A DNA stretch of 35,502 nt from a virus (taxonomy: Duplodnaviria > Caudoviricetes), in IMG/VR virus record IMGVR_UViG_3300020381_000025, positions 1-35,502 of that record. The stretch is one strand, 5' to 3'. Below are positions 18,181-27,533 of this stretch, piece after piece (the first letter of the stretch is position 1; each line of letters opens with the position of its first letter). The position numbers and the translations under genes are program-made. The notes beneath the pieces are model-generated. The model was not told where the DNA came from. It saw nothing but the letters and a program-made list of their open reading frames with translations, and searched no databases.

Positions 18181-19419
18181 TTAAGCGGTAAATACATCAC
18201 GAATTAACGTAAGTTGTGTTTCTGACTTTCCGCCACCAATAAGATGTCTTAATTCAGATATTATATAATTTCCACTAGGATCGTTAGTTTTTTCATTTCC
18301 ATATGAACCTGTTTCAGCACTTTCATCATCTTTTTTAAGAGGTAATTTAATTTTAATCAACTCACCAACTCTTAAATCGGGATTAATTGGAATTGATACT
18401 TGTAAGGATTGTGAAAATAATAAGTTATTTCTAATATAAGATTTATTTTGATAAACGGCAAGCTCACTTTCGGGTTGAGTATCACTTTTTTTCGATCCTT
18501 TTTGTGCAACTCCGAGATCACTTACTCGAAGCATTAATCGGGTTGGATAATTCTCAATACCGTTTAATAATTTAACTGGTTTTTTCATTTTTAAATCTGT
18601 AATTTTAAAATCAACTTCACTCATAGTTTGATTTTCAATATCAACATATATGGTTCTATTTGCATACATTCCCAGTCTACAGTTAAGACCAATATCATTT
18701 GATTGATTTAAATTATTTTGTAAAATTTTAAAACCCTTTGCATCTTTATCATATGGTTTATCTGTTTGAGTATATGTAAAACTTGGTTTTTGATCTAATA
18801 ATTTTTCGATTGATTTAAAATTATACCCATCTAAATTTTCATAAAATAAGAAACCAAAATTCTTTGTAGATGATTGTGTTTTTGGACACAACCATTGAAT
18901 AGTATCAAAAGGTCTTTTTAAATTGCCTACAAACGAGTAAGAATTAGCAGCGCTATCTTTTGTTAACTCTTTACTACTTTGAATTCCTTTATCATCACCT
19001 ATGAGTAACTCAAAAACAGTTTGTGAAACATTACCAGTAAATTTTTTATTTACTCTCGATGTTTCATTTATAATTGTTTCAACCGATACAAACTCTAAAG
19101 TAGCTATTTGTTTTTTAGTTTCAGTGATAACATTTCTAACAGAGTTTAACATCAACTTATGTTTTTTAGATGTAAGTTTAAAGTCATCATATCCATCAAT
19201 TTTAACTGTTACATCTATATACTCTCCACCAGTAATTCCTACTCTACTTATCACTTGATCAATATCAACAAAAGTTAGAGTCATTGCTATAGTAGGACTA
19301 TCAAGACTCTCATAATAATCAATGATTGGGTTTCCACGAGCTATATCATAGTCCTCCTTTAATGAGGATCCCTCATTAGGACGTAACATGCATTTAGTGA
19401 TAAGAAATCTATTTTCCAT
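18181..19419 (-). CDS. Baseplate hub protein (gp27-like / late-control D-like, 412 aa)
   Basis: YYESLDSP, KRPFDTIQWL, GFLFYENLDGYNFKSIEKL, LRVGELI, SGNYIISELRHLI motifs, located upstream of gp5. Confidence 0.7.
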   Translation of the reverse strand: MENRFLITKCMLRPNEGSSLKEDYDIARGNPIIDYYESLDSPTIAMTLTFVDIDQVISRVGITGGEYIDVTVKIDGYDDFKLTSKKHKLMLNSVRNVITETKKQIATLEFVSVETIINETSRVNKKFTGNVSQTVFELLIGDDKGIQSSKELTKDSAANSYSFVGNLKRPFDTIQWLCPKTQSSTKNFGFLFYENLDGYNFKSIEKLLDQKPSFTYTQTDKPYDKDAKGFKILQNNLNQSNDIGLNCRLGMYANRTIYVDIENQTMSEVDFKITDLKMKKPVKLLNGIENYPTRLMLRVSDLGVAQKGSKKSDTQPESELAVYQNKSYIRNNLLFSQSLQVSIPINPDLRVGELIKIKLPLKKDDESAETGSYGNEKTNDPSGNYIISELRHLIGGGKSETQLTLIRDVFTA

Positions 19420-21866
19420 TATGAAATCATTGAAGCTATTTCTGGTGGTAATCCAGATTTAGAATTTGAAGTTATTGATAAGTATTTTTTAGATGATAGA
19501 AGTTTTCTAAAAGGTATGGGAGCCTCTGTCACTTTTATTTCTGCATCTGCAACTTGTGGGGGACTTGCTTGAATTAAAGGAGATGGATTATTATTTGGTG
19601 GAATTGGATTATTAATTTGATTATTAATTTGATTTTGTGCGTTTAAAACTTGTATTGCTTGATTATTCGCATCTACAGATTGAATAATAGTGCTAGATAA
19701 ATCCTTCTCATTACTTTCTATTATTGGTTTAATAGTGCTAGATAAATCCTTCTCATTACTTTCTATTATTGGTTTAATAGTGCTAGATAAATCCTTCTCA
19801 TTACTTTCTATTATTGGTTTAATAGTGCTAGATAAATCCTTCTCATTACTTTCTATTATTGGTTTAATAGTTTCCATATTATAACTTTCCATTATTTCTG
19901 GACTAAATGTATTTCCCATATCTATTCCCATCTTTACAACCATTTTTTGTTTTTCAGTCAAAGGCTGGCCAGGAGTAAAAGGTTCATCACCGAGTAATTC
20001 ACCAGATCCTTTACTTGTAATTGATCCATCAGGATTTACAGTGGTATTCATCGGAATTTTACTCTTGTAATCATACAGTTCATTTTTATCTTCGTTAAAT
20101 TCCTGTACATGAGGATTGTTTTGATAAGCTTCTTTTTTCTTTTTATTTTCCATTCTCTTTCGTATGCCAAACAAATCCATCTTACCTTTCTTATCAAGAT
20201 CAAGCATATTACCACTCAAAGCATCTATAAAACCTTTTCCAACTCTTTGTATTTTGCTATCACCCCTCTTATCAAAATCAAAAACTCCACCTGTTAGAGA
20301 GTCTGCCATGCCTGTAAGATTACGCATGACTCCAGATGGTTTTCCACCTTTCTTATCAAGATCAAGCATATTACCACTCAAAGCATCTATAAAACCTTTT
20401 CCAACTCTTTGTATTTTGCTATCACCCCTCTTATCAAAATCAAAAACTCCACCTGTTAGAGAGTCTGCAACTCCACCAATACTACTAAATATATTTCCCT
20501 CTTTATCAAGGTCTTGTTCCCTCTTTAAGTCCTCATCACTTATGGGAGAAAATACACCAGCTTCAATATTTTCCGACTTCATATACTCTTCCCTTGTTAA
20601 TGGGCCACCAGAATTTTTATAATCCTCTAATTTTTGTGAATCGATACTACCTTCACCTGACATCATTATTCTAGCTTGTATTGACGTTCTTTGTTTAATA
20701 GTCATCTTTTCACCAGGCTTGTATAATTCACCACCAAGAAGAGTTCCCGATCCTTCACTTGTAATTGATCCATCGGGGTTTATAGTGGTTTCCATTTTAA
20801 GTTGATCTCTTTTACTTTCTAGATCATCTTTCTTTTGTTGAAACTCTAGTTTTCTTTCATTATTACCAATATAGTTACCGTCTTTATCGTAAAATTTATT
20901 TTTATCCTTAGTTTTTCTTGAGCCAGGCCTACCATCAAAATCACGAATCTTATCAAAAAAGTTAGTGATAAAATTGCCTTCCTTTACTTGATCTTTTTCA
21001 CCCTCTACTTCCTTAATTTCATCTTTTTTACCAAATTTTCTACCAAGCATGCCACTAATTCTAGCAAATGGATTTATTGTTTCAAATAAATTAAATTTAT
21101 TTTCTTTTTTCTCTGGTTCTATTGATTCTCCTCTTCCACTTGTAAGATTTAATTCCTGTTTTATCTCTGACTTAATTTCATCCTTTAAATCGTTTTTAAT
21201 ATCTTCTTTTTTACCACCTCTTTTATCAAAGTCAAATTTATTACCTGTAAAGGCATCAGCCAAACCACCAAACATTCCTGTCAATCCTCTTGGTCTATCT
21301 TCACCAATTAATTTTGATCTTTTTTCTATATCTTTTGCACTATTGTTTCCTCCTGGCAAAAGACTTTTCTTCAAACCTAAAGGATTCCTCAAAAAACCCA
21401 TTAATTTAGTGGCTCCAAGGATTCCTACAGATGCAAGTAATGTTTTTAAACCTCCTCCTCCTTTTCCTAATGATGGAGATAAACCTTCACCCTGTTCACC
21501 TTGAGTACCTTGAGTACCTTGAGTACCTTGAGTACCTTGATCTCCTTGATCACCCTTTTCACCTTTAAGAGCCTCAGCTCTTTCTCTCATTTCTTCTTTT
21601 TGTTTTTTATCTTGTTCTTCAAAAAGTTTATCTTCTCTTTCATTTTTTTCTACAATAATATAATTATTAATTTCTTGAATATCTGATTGCATTCCCTCTA
21701 TCAACGTTGATAGATTATCAATTATAGATTTTTGTTCTTGAATAACACCTAAATTAGAGTTGGATGTTTTTAGAGCACGATTAGCCACCTTGTCAATTGA
21801 TTTAATTGACTCAAAAAAATTACCTATGGTTATTTTTTTCGGTTGTTCTAATTCTTCTTCATCCAT
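19419..21866 (-). CDS. Repeat-rich virion protein, candidate tape measure / gp29-like (815 aa)
   Basis: N-terminal coiled coil, short Gly-X-Y tract, multiple internal repeats, located between the gp26/gp51-like genes and the hub gene. Confidence 0.55.
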   Translation of the reverse strand: MDEEELEQPKKITIGNFFESIKSIDKVANRALKTSNSNLGVIQEQKSIIDNLSTLIEGMQSDIQEINNYIIVEKNEREDKLFEEQDKKQKEEMRERAEALKGEKGDQGDQGTQGTQGTQGTQGEQGEGLSPSLGKGGGGLKTLLASVGILGATKLMGFLRNPLGLKKSLLPGGNNSAKDIEKRSKLIGEDRPRGLTGMFGGLADAFTGNKFDFDKRGGKKEDIKNDLKDEIKSEIKQELNLTSGRGESIEPEKKENKFNLFETINPFARISGMLGRKFGKKDEIKEVEGEKDQVKEGNFITNFFDKIRDFDGRPGSRKTKDKNKFYDKDGNYIGNNERKLEFQQKKDDLESKRDQLKMETTINPDGSITSEGSGTLLGGELYKPGEKMTIKQRTSIQARIMMSGEGSIDSQKLEDYKNSGGPLTREEYMKSENIEAGVFSPISDEDLKREQDLDKEGNIFSSIGGVADSLTGGVFDFDKRGDSKIQRVGKGFIDALSGNMLDLDKKGGKPSGVMRNLTGMADSLTGGVFDFDKRGDSKIQRVGKGFIDALSGNMLDLDKKGKMDLFGIRKRMENKKKKEAYQNNPHVQEFNEDKNELYDYKSKIPMNTTVNPDGSITSKGSGELLGDEPFTPGQPLTEKQKMVVKMGIDMGNTFSPEIMESYNMETIKPIIESNEKDLSSTIKPIIESNEKDLSSTIKPIIESNEKDLSSTIKPIIESNEKDLSSTIIQSVDANNQAIQVLNAQNQINNQINNPIPPNNNPSPLIQASPPQVADAEIKVTEAPIPFRKLLSSKKYLSITSNSKSGLPPEIASMIS
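19685..19871. repeat. Four perfect 45-bp tandem repeats (IKPIIESNEKDLSST)
   Basis: Unit taatagtgctagataaatccttctcattactttctattattggtt starts at 19685, 19730, 19775 and 19820. Confidence 0.95.
20184..20468. repeat. Identical 123-bp direct repeat, period 162 bp
   Basis: 20184-20306 equals 20346-20468 (ADSLTGGVFDFDKRGDSKIQRVGKGFIDALSGNMLDLDKKG). Confidence 0.9.
21498..21560. repeat. 9-bp tandem repeat encoding a collagen-like GTQ/GDQ tract
   Basis: accttgagt x4 plus degenerate copies. Confidence 0.85.
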
Positions 21867-22059
21867 ACTTTTGAACGCCCTCTTGTTGTTGTCTCTTTAG
21901 ATTTTCCTTTTCAATATGATCTATAAGAAGAGTTAGATAAATATCTCTTTCCCAAGGCATCATATTTTCAAGTTCCGTCAAGCTGTATTTATGGTATTGC
22001 ATGAGAGCGAAATTGATACGGTAATAGGATTCAAGATCCTCTCGTGCAATACTTAGCCG
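21859..22059 (-). CDS. 'gp51'-like small ORF in the -1 frame of the gp26-like gene, probable frameshift extension
   Basis: Missed by the ORF track. Reads RLSIAREDLESYYRINFALMQYHKYSLTELENMMPWERDIYLTLLIDHIEKENLKRQQQEGVQKYG*. The YxxNFALMQxHKYSLTELENMxPWER motif matches cyanophage 'gp51'. First ATG is only at 22002, inside the motif. Confidence 0.8.
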   Translation of the reverse strand, partial: RLSIAREDLESYYRINFALMQYHKYSLTELENMMPWERDIYLTLLIDHIEKENLKRQQQEGVQKYG

Positions 22060-22778
22060 AAAAAATCAGCAAGACCCTCCAAAACAACACTATTCTTTTG
22101 TTTTGTGTTCGGATTTATAACTTCAATAGTGTGAGATAATTTAGGCATGGATGCAAAAAACTTCTCAACTTCCTTATATTGTTTTGAATTTAACTGTTCT
22201 ATAAACTTAACTCTTTCATCAGGAGTATAGTCTTTAGCTTCCCAAGCATCCTCCTCTGTATAAACAGTATCCATACAGTCAGCAACAACTTTAAAAGTTT
22301 TATCAACGATAGTCTTTGACTCATCCTCAACATCAAAATTAGATTCGATAAATTGATTCAATGATGGATACTTCATCCGAAGAGTCATTTTATCATCTAA
22401 AACAATATCAGTCTTATGATCTTTTGGTTTAACCACCTTAATTTCATCGACATATACTGTTACTGGAACTTGTGTTTTTTTATCGTCAGGACATGTTATG
22501 GTCATTTTAATGTCCTCTCCGATTGATTTAGCACGAATATTTAGAAACAAATATTCAATATCAAATGTAGGAAGACTATCAACATCAATTCCTCTCGTTA
22601 AAATACACTTTTTCAAAACATCTGTTACAGAATTTGTAATTTCGTTTTGATCTTTTGATTCTAGAGCTAATATTAAAATCTTCTCTTCTTTAACAAGGAA
22701 AGGTCGATATTTAATTTTTTTGTTTGATGAAGGCAACTTCAACTCATACGTTGGAGTTTCAATTGTTGGTAAGGGCAT
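22053..22778 (-). CDS. gp26: Baseplate hub assembly protein gp26-like (241 aa)
   Basis: MPLPTIETPTYEL.LPS...KYRPFLVKEEKIL, FDIEYLFLNIRAKSIGE, LEGLADFF. CTAAATA late promoter at 22798-22804. Confidence 0.85.
   Translation of the reverse strand: MPLPTIETPTYELKLPSSNKKIKYRPFLVKEEKILILALESKDQNEITNSVTDVLKKCILTRGIDVDSLPTFDIEYLFLNIRAKSIGEDIKMTITCPDDKKTQVPVTVYVDEIKVVKPKDHKTDIVLDDKMTLRMKYPSLNQFIESNFDVEDESKTIVDKTFKVVADCMDTVYTEEDAWEAKDYTPDERVKFIEQLNSKQYKEVEKFFASMPKLSHTIEVINPNTKQKNSVVLEGLADFFG
22059..22080 (-). other. Candidate -1 programmed frameshift signal (GGAGG-N10-T TTT TTC)
   Basis: In-frame X XXY YYZ heptamer at 22065-22059, one codon before the stop, with an internal SD-like GGAGG at 22080-22076. 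Confidence 0.65.
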
Positions 22779-22796
22779 AATGTCTTGTTCAGTGTT

Positions 22797-23582
22797 TTAT
22801 TTAGTAAGTAGTCCACCTCTTTGTGTTGTTTTTCCTAAAGGTAATCCGCCTTGGCCACCCTGTGTACGAACTTGATCATTTGAATTTACAACTCCATTTG
22901 ATGTATTAAGAACAGCTTGATTAAAATCTACAGAATTAAAATTCGTGAAGAATCTATCATAAGCAAACTGTACACTACATTGTAACACATTTGAATCACC
23001 ATAGGCAACTCTCATTGATGTAAGATCAGTTGGCCAAATATTTACAAACTCATAACTAGTCATATTGGATTGATAACTTCCAGTTTTTTTAGTGAAAGTA
23101 TCTCTTTCAAATTTTGTTATGTGAATAATTTCTTTATAATCTTCTGGATAATTAAATCTTGAGTATGCACTCATATCCCTTCTATTTGTTTGAATTGGAT
23201 TGATATAACTCATCCAAGTTTCTAAAACCTCTAGAATCACCATATCAGCATCACAATAAAAAGTAAGATTTAAAGGTGGAAAGTTTCTCATATTTGGAAA
23301 CTGCTCTTGAATACCTTGATGATGTCCAGTTGCAGTATCAGTATTATAATTTGTGCCTGGAATCTCAGCTTGTGTACATAACAGAGACATTTTTTCAGTA
23401 AAATTTCTTCCTTGAGTTCTATTCTTATTCGGTATTGTTTTTAACCATGTTTCATAATTTCCAAATGAAAAACTTACTTGATAAAGAGTATCAAGAGAGG
23501 CTCTTGACAAACTATCTCTACTATCTAAAGTTGTACCTCTAAATATATCTGATCTTCTTGGAAATAAATTATTTTCTGACAC
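22797..23582 (-). CDS. Tail tube-like protein (gp19/gp54 family, tail tube initiator)
   Basis: LLCTQAEIPG, LNLTFYCD, LETWMSYI, RFNYPEDYK, YEFVNIWP, VAYGDSNVLQCSVQFAYDR. GTG start. Confidence 0.75.
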   Translation of the reverse strand: MSENNLFPRRSDIFRGTTLDSRDSLSRASLDTLYQVSFSFGNYETWLKTIPNKNRTQGRNFTEKMSLLCTQAEIPGTNYNTDTATGHHQGIQEQFPNMRNFPPLNLTFYCDADMVILEVLETWMSYINPIQTNRRDMSAYSRFNYPEDYKEIIHITKFERDTFTKKTGSYQSNMTSYEFVNIWPTDLTSMRVAYGDSNVLQCSVQFAYDRFFTNFNSVDFNQAVLNTSNGVVNSNDQVRTQGGQGGLPLGKTTQRGGLLTK

Positions 23583-23613
23583 AATAAATAAATTTAAGTT
23601 GTTATTATTATAT

Positions 23614-24054
23614 ATGAGCTATAAAGGGATATATAGACCTTCCAACCCTAAAAAGTATAAGGGTGATTATCGTAATATTATTTATCGATCTTTATGGGAG
23701 AGAAAATTCATGAATTACTGTGATTTGAATGAAAATATACTTGAATGGGCGTCTGAGGAATTTTGGGTTCCTTATAAAGATCCAACAACCAATCGAGTTC
23801 GTAGATATTTTCCAGACTTTTTTATTAAATATAAAGATAAAGATGGTGATATAAAAAGATCTGTGATTGAAGTTAAACCACTAAGAGAAACATTAGAACC
23901 AAAAGTCACAAAGGGTAAATCACGAAAAACATTGATTAATGAATCTATGACATATATTAAGAATCAAGCAAAATGGAAGGCAGCTAGAGAGTTTTGTGCA
24001 GATCGCAAATTAGAATTTAAAATTATGACTGAGAAAGAATTAGGAATTCGATGA
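23614..24054 (+). CDS. gp4: Head completion nuclease gp4
   Basis: MSYKGIYRPSNPKKYKGD...YRSLWERKFM..CD...WASEE...RYFPDF...IEVKP...NQAKWKAA. Start placed at ATG 23614 after late promoter ATAAATA (23584-23590). Confidence 0.9.
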   Translation: MSYKGIYRPSNPKKYKGDYRNIIYRSLWERKFMNYCDLNENILEWASEEFWVPYKDPTTNRVRRYFPDFFIKYKDKDGDIKRSVIEVKPLRETLEPKVTKGKSRKTLINESMTYIKNQAKWKAAREFCADRKLEFKIMTEKELGIR

Positions 24055-24539
24055 GTATTCTTCAAACTATACTAGATAAAGTTAGTGGTCAAGTCTCTGA
24101 GGATTGGTTTCGGAGTCAATTACTTGAGGAACTTGGATCTACAAACTTTGATGATGACGCTGCAGATACAGCTGGGTTTTCTCCTGGCCAATTATATTTT
24201 TTCACATACTCAGCACAGACAAAGCAACCATATTATGACATGTATCCACTTACATATGTGATTGAATATCAAAAAGGTGGGTTCTTAGGATGCAATCTTC
24301 ACTATGTTCGTTTAACTCAAAGAGATGAACTCGCAATAAGCTTACTAAATAACTCTGCTCAGGGTGCAGTTGCAGTTCCTCAAAGGACGCTACATAAATA
24401 TGTGTACACTGGTGTGAGAGGAACACCATATCGTATTCCTAGTAGTGAATGGTCAGACGTAGCGCAATTACCCACCGAAAGATTCGTTGATATGAGAGGG
24501 ATTCCAGTCCCAAGAGACAGAATTTACAACAAAAGTTAA
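24051..24539 (+). CDS. gp2: DNA end protector protein gp2-like
   Basis: PGQLYFFTY.A...PYYDMYPL...GFLGCNLHY...HKY...EW..VAQLPTERF. Confidence 0.8.
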   Translation: MSILQTILDKVSGQVSEDWFRSQLLEELGSTNFDDDAADTAGFSPGQLYFFTYSAQTKQPYYDMYPLTYVIEYQKGGFLGCNLHYVRLTQRDELAISLLNNSAQGAVAVPQRTLHKYVYTGVRGTPYRIPSSEWSDVAQLPTERFVDMRGIPVPRDRIYNKS

Positions 24540-25876
24540 TGTCAATTAAAAAAAGTAAAAAATATGATATAGACGGAACTAATTACGCTTTCGATTTCGA
24601 TGGCGGAAAATTAGTAGGCATAAAAGAAGATATAAATGGAGTTTTAACACCTGTTAATCCAAATACTAGTGCATTCTCAGATATTGCAAATTCAGATGAA
24701 GCATTGAGAGCATATAATGTTGCAAAATATACCTCAGCTAAAAAATCTTATGAAGATACAACTGAAAGATTAACAGCGTCTGAACTTAATGATTACTACA
24801 CAAAAGAAAATAAAAAATTAACTAATGAACAGTTTGTTGATATAGAAACTTCAAATTCACCACCTTTAGCTTTCACAACACCAAAAACTGCTTATGGTGC
24901 ATATCGAAGAGGTAAAACAGCTGGAAGTGATGTTATGGCATATCCACTTGATATTGATTTAAATCAAGATCATATGAAGATTACACGTCATGAATATCGA
25001 AGACCAACAGTAAACCAAAGTAAATCACAAAGAGATGTAAATTATGACAGTTTTGCTGGTCGAAGCACATATAATGTAGCTGGTGATAGTGTCGTAGGTA
25101 GTGAAATTGGTGGAAGTATTTTCTTACCAATGCCAAAAGCAACAGACGTAAATGGTGTTGAATGGGGAAAAAGTGAGTTAACTATTTCTGGACTTGCGGC
25201 TGTTGGTGCAGCTCAAAAAGTTTTAGGTGCTGGAAGTATGATAACAAACTTAAATTTGACAGGAAAAGAAGCCAAAGACAGTATGGCTGATTTTAAAGCA
25301 AATTTAGGTCGAGGGCCACAAGGAAATGAAGGGTTGGGTGCGAAAGGGATGACTCAAGCTCAAGTAACTCAATTAGCCACTAAAGCGGCGGGATCTGCAT
25401 TTGGTGTAGAAGTGGATATGGATACATTCTTAGCTAGAGCTGGTGGTAGAGTTTTAAATCCAAATGCAGAGATGTTATTTCAAGGGCCTGTCATAAGAGA
25501 CTTTGCTTTTGAGTTTACAATGATAGCAAGAAGTCAAAAAGAGGGTGAAGAGATTAGAAAAATAATTCGATTCTTAAAGGTTGGAATGGCACCAAAATTT
25601 AACAGCACCACGTTCCTAGCAAATCCTGACGTATTTACTTTACAATACAAAAATGGAAAAAGAGATGGAGATATGTTGAAAACTGTAAATCAATTTAATC
25701 CAGGCGGACTTGCATTAACAACGATGAATGTTGATTATGCTCCAAATGGTTATTGGTCTGCATATCGAGATTCTCAACCAGTTGCCGTTAAAATGGGTCT
25801 TAACTTTACTGAACTTAGACCAATATATGAAGGGGATCAAGAACAAGGAACTCCAAAAGATAGCGTAGGTTACTAA
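24539..25876 (+). CDS. gp48: Baseplate tail tube cap gp48
   Basis: YPLD, IFLPMP, LNPNAEMLFQGP..RDFAFEF.MIARSQKE, VDYAPNG, LNFTELRPIY. Confidence 0.85.
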   Translation: MSIKKSKKYDIDGTNYAFDFDGGKLVGIKEDINGVLTPVNPNTSAFSDIANSDEALRAYNVAKYTSAKKSYEDTTERLTASELNDYYTKENKKLTNEQFVDIETSNSPPLAFTTPKTAYGAYRRGKTAGSDVMAYPLDIDLNQDHMKITRHEYRRPTVNQSKSQRDVNYDSFAGRSTYNVAGDSVVGSEIGGSIFLPMPKATDVNGVEWGKSELTISGLAAVGAAQKVLGAGSMITNLNLTGKEAKDSMADFKANLGRGPQGNEGLGAKGMTQAQVTQLATKAAGSAFGVEVDMDTFLARAGGRVLNPNAEMLFQGPVIRDFAFEFTMIARSQKEGEEIRKIIRFLKVGMAPKFNSTTFLANPDVFTLQYKNGKRDGDMLKTVNQFNPGGLALTTMNVDYAPNGYWSAYRDSQPVAVKMGLNFTELRPIYEGDQEQGTPKDSVGY

Positions 25877-25878
25877 TT

Positions 25879-26553
25879 ATGACATACTCAGGATCATCAA
25901 ACAGTTATTTCAAACAACTTCCAGAACTCGATTATCCATCATTGGCAAATGATCGAACATCTGCATATGATTATCAAACTGTAAAAAATATATTTAAAAG
26001 AGCGGTAATTCGTGACGATATTTTTGATGAAATTACAGCATTTACAAAATATTCGATAGTTGGTGACGAAAGACCAGATCAGATTGCATATGATTTCTAT
26101 AAAGACTCTGGACTTGATTGGGTTGTGTTAACTACAAATAATATCATTCATGTTAGAGATGAATGGCCAATGTCAAATCAAGATTTTTTAAATTATCTGA
26201 ACGGAAAATATACAAGTGAACAACTCTCTAATGTTCATCATTATGAAACTGAAATTTTAAGAGATTCAAACGGAAGATTAATTCAATCAGAAGGTTTACA
26301 CGTTTCATCTGGACACTCAATTACTTTTTTAGATAATGGTGTTTTAAGAACGGAATCTAAAATCAAATTAGTTAGTTTCCTAGAACATGAAACTAATTTA
26401 AATGATGCAAAGAGAAATATCAATATTTTAAAATCAGAGTATCTTAACTTCTTCTTAGAGGATTTTGCTAATATTATGGAATACAAAGAATCTAGTCAAT
26501 ATATCAATGATGATTTAAAAAAGACAGAAAATCCAAGACTTATATCTCCATAA
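25879..26553 (+). CDS. gp53: Baseplate wedge subunit gp53
   Basis: YFKQLP, KNIFKRA, GDERPDQIA..FY.DSGLDWVVL..NNI....EWP, VHHYET. Confidence 0.9.
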   Translation: MTYSGSSNSYFKQLPELDYPSLANDRTSAYDYQTVKNIFKRAVIRDDIFDEITAFTKYSIVGDERPDQIAYDFYKDSGLDWVVLTTNNIIHVRDEWPMSNQDFLNYLNGKYTSEQLSNVHHYETEILRDSNGRLIQSEGLHVSSGHSITFLDNGVLRTESKIKLVSFLEHETNLNDAKRNINILKSEYLNFFLEDFANIMEYKESSQYINDDLKKTENPRLISP

Positions 26554-26580
26554 AAAAAGAGGTCGTTTTGAGCGACCTCT
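26552..26580 (-). terminator. Rho-independent terminator for gp32
   Basis: AGAGGTCGCTCAAAACGACCTCT followed by a T tract on the minus strand. Confidence 0.85.
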
Positions 26581-26593
26581 GGCGTAAAAATGG

Positions 26594-26618
26594 CCCCGAA
26601 TTTTTTTCGGGGTATTTT
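26594..26618 (+). terminator. Second hairpin, probable terminator of the plus-strand gp4-gp53 block
   Basis: CCCCGAA-TTTTT-TTCGGGG followed by TATTTT at a convergent gene junction. Confidence 0.55.
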
Positions 26619-27533
26619 CTAATTTTCAGCTAATTTTGCAAAATAGCTAAGTGCATCTTCTTCATCATCATCTGTATTGACAGAGGATGGTGTTGTGTCA
26701 ACAACTGCACGACCTTTACCTTCACTTAGATCTTCAAGTTCACCACGAGTAGTTTCTTCATCAGCAACTTCTGGATCTTGTCTCTTAGGTGCAACAGTTA
26801 GACCAAGAACATAGTTAAGTCTCTTCTTGAGATCTTCATATGACTTGAACTGATCTGGAGCAACAAGTTCTGCAAGAGAGTGTTCGTTCTTCCAGATTGT
26901 TTCCATTGCATCATCATCATCAAGAAGTGGAGCAGGAGCAGCAAACTCAGATGAGTCATAGTTCCAGTATCCAGCAACCTTTTTGATTTTAATCTTGAAG
27001 TTTGCACCCGCCCAGAAATCAAATGGATTGATGGGAGTTTCATCTTCAAACTCAGGTTGCATCGCAGCAGTTAACTTATCAAAGATTTTCTTTCCAAATC
27101 TGAATAAGAATACTTTACCTTCATTCGATGGGTTTGAAGGATCTTTTACAACATATACGTTACTGTAATAAGATAACTTACGTTTCTGTTTTCTTGCGAC
27201 TTCTTTATCTGAATCAACACCTGAGTTCCAGAGTTGTGAGTTGTGCTCAGAGACTGGATCTTTTTGACCAAGTGTTGTTAGTGAATTCTCTATGTACCAA
27301 CCACCAGATGCTTGGAATGCATGTGTGTAGAGTTTTGCCCAAGGCAAATCTTCTCCGTCTGGTGCAGGGAGAAATCTGATTACTGCGTAACCGTTACCTG
27401 CTTTATCAACTTCTGGTTTCCATAAACGATCATCTACACCGTTAGAACCTTTGTTCATTTTTTCCACCTGACTAACAAGTTTTGCAGTCAGAGAACCAAG
27501 TGAGGATTGTTTTTTTAGATTAGAAAAAGACAT
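26619..27533 (-). CDS. gp32: Single-stranded DNA-binding protein gp32
   Basis: DDRLWKP..DKAGNGYAVIRFLP, HAFQ..GGWYIENSLTT, GKKIFDK, NPFDFW.GANFK, NYDSSEF, acidic tail ending LSYFAKLAE. Confidence 0.95.
   Translation of the reverse strand: MSFSNLKKQSSLGSLTAKLVSQVEKMNKGSNGVDDRLWKPEVDKAGNGYAVIRFLPAPDGEDLPWAKLYTHAFQASGGWYIENSLTTLGQKDPVSEHNSQLWNSGVDSDKEVARKQKRKLSYYSNVYVVKDPSNPSNEGKVFLFRFGKKIFDKLTAAMQPEFEDETPINPFDFWAGANFKIKIKKVAGYWNYDSSEFAAPAPLLDDDDAMETIWKNEHSLAELVAPDQFKSYEDLKKRLNYVLGLTVAPKRQDPEVADEETTRGELEDLSEGKGRAVVDTTPSSVNTDDDEEDALSYFAKLAEN

Noticed and set aside
19685-19871. Tandem repeats as a possible CRISPR mini-array
   Set aside because: Head-to-tail identical 45-bp units with no spacers, in frame within a CDS.
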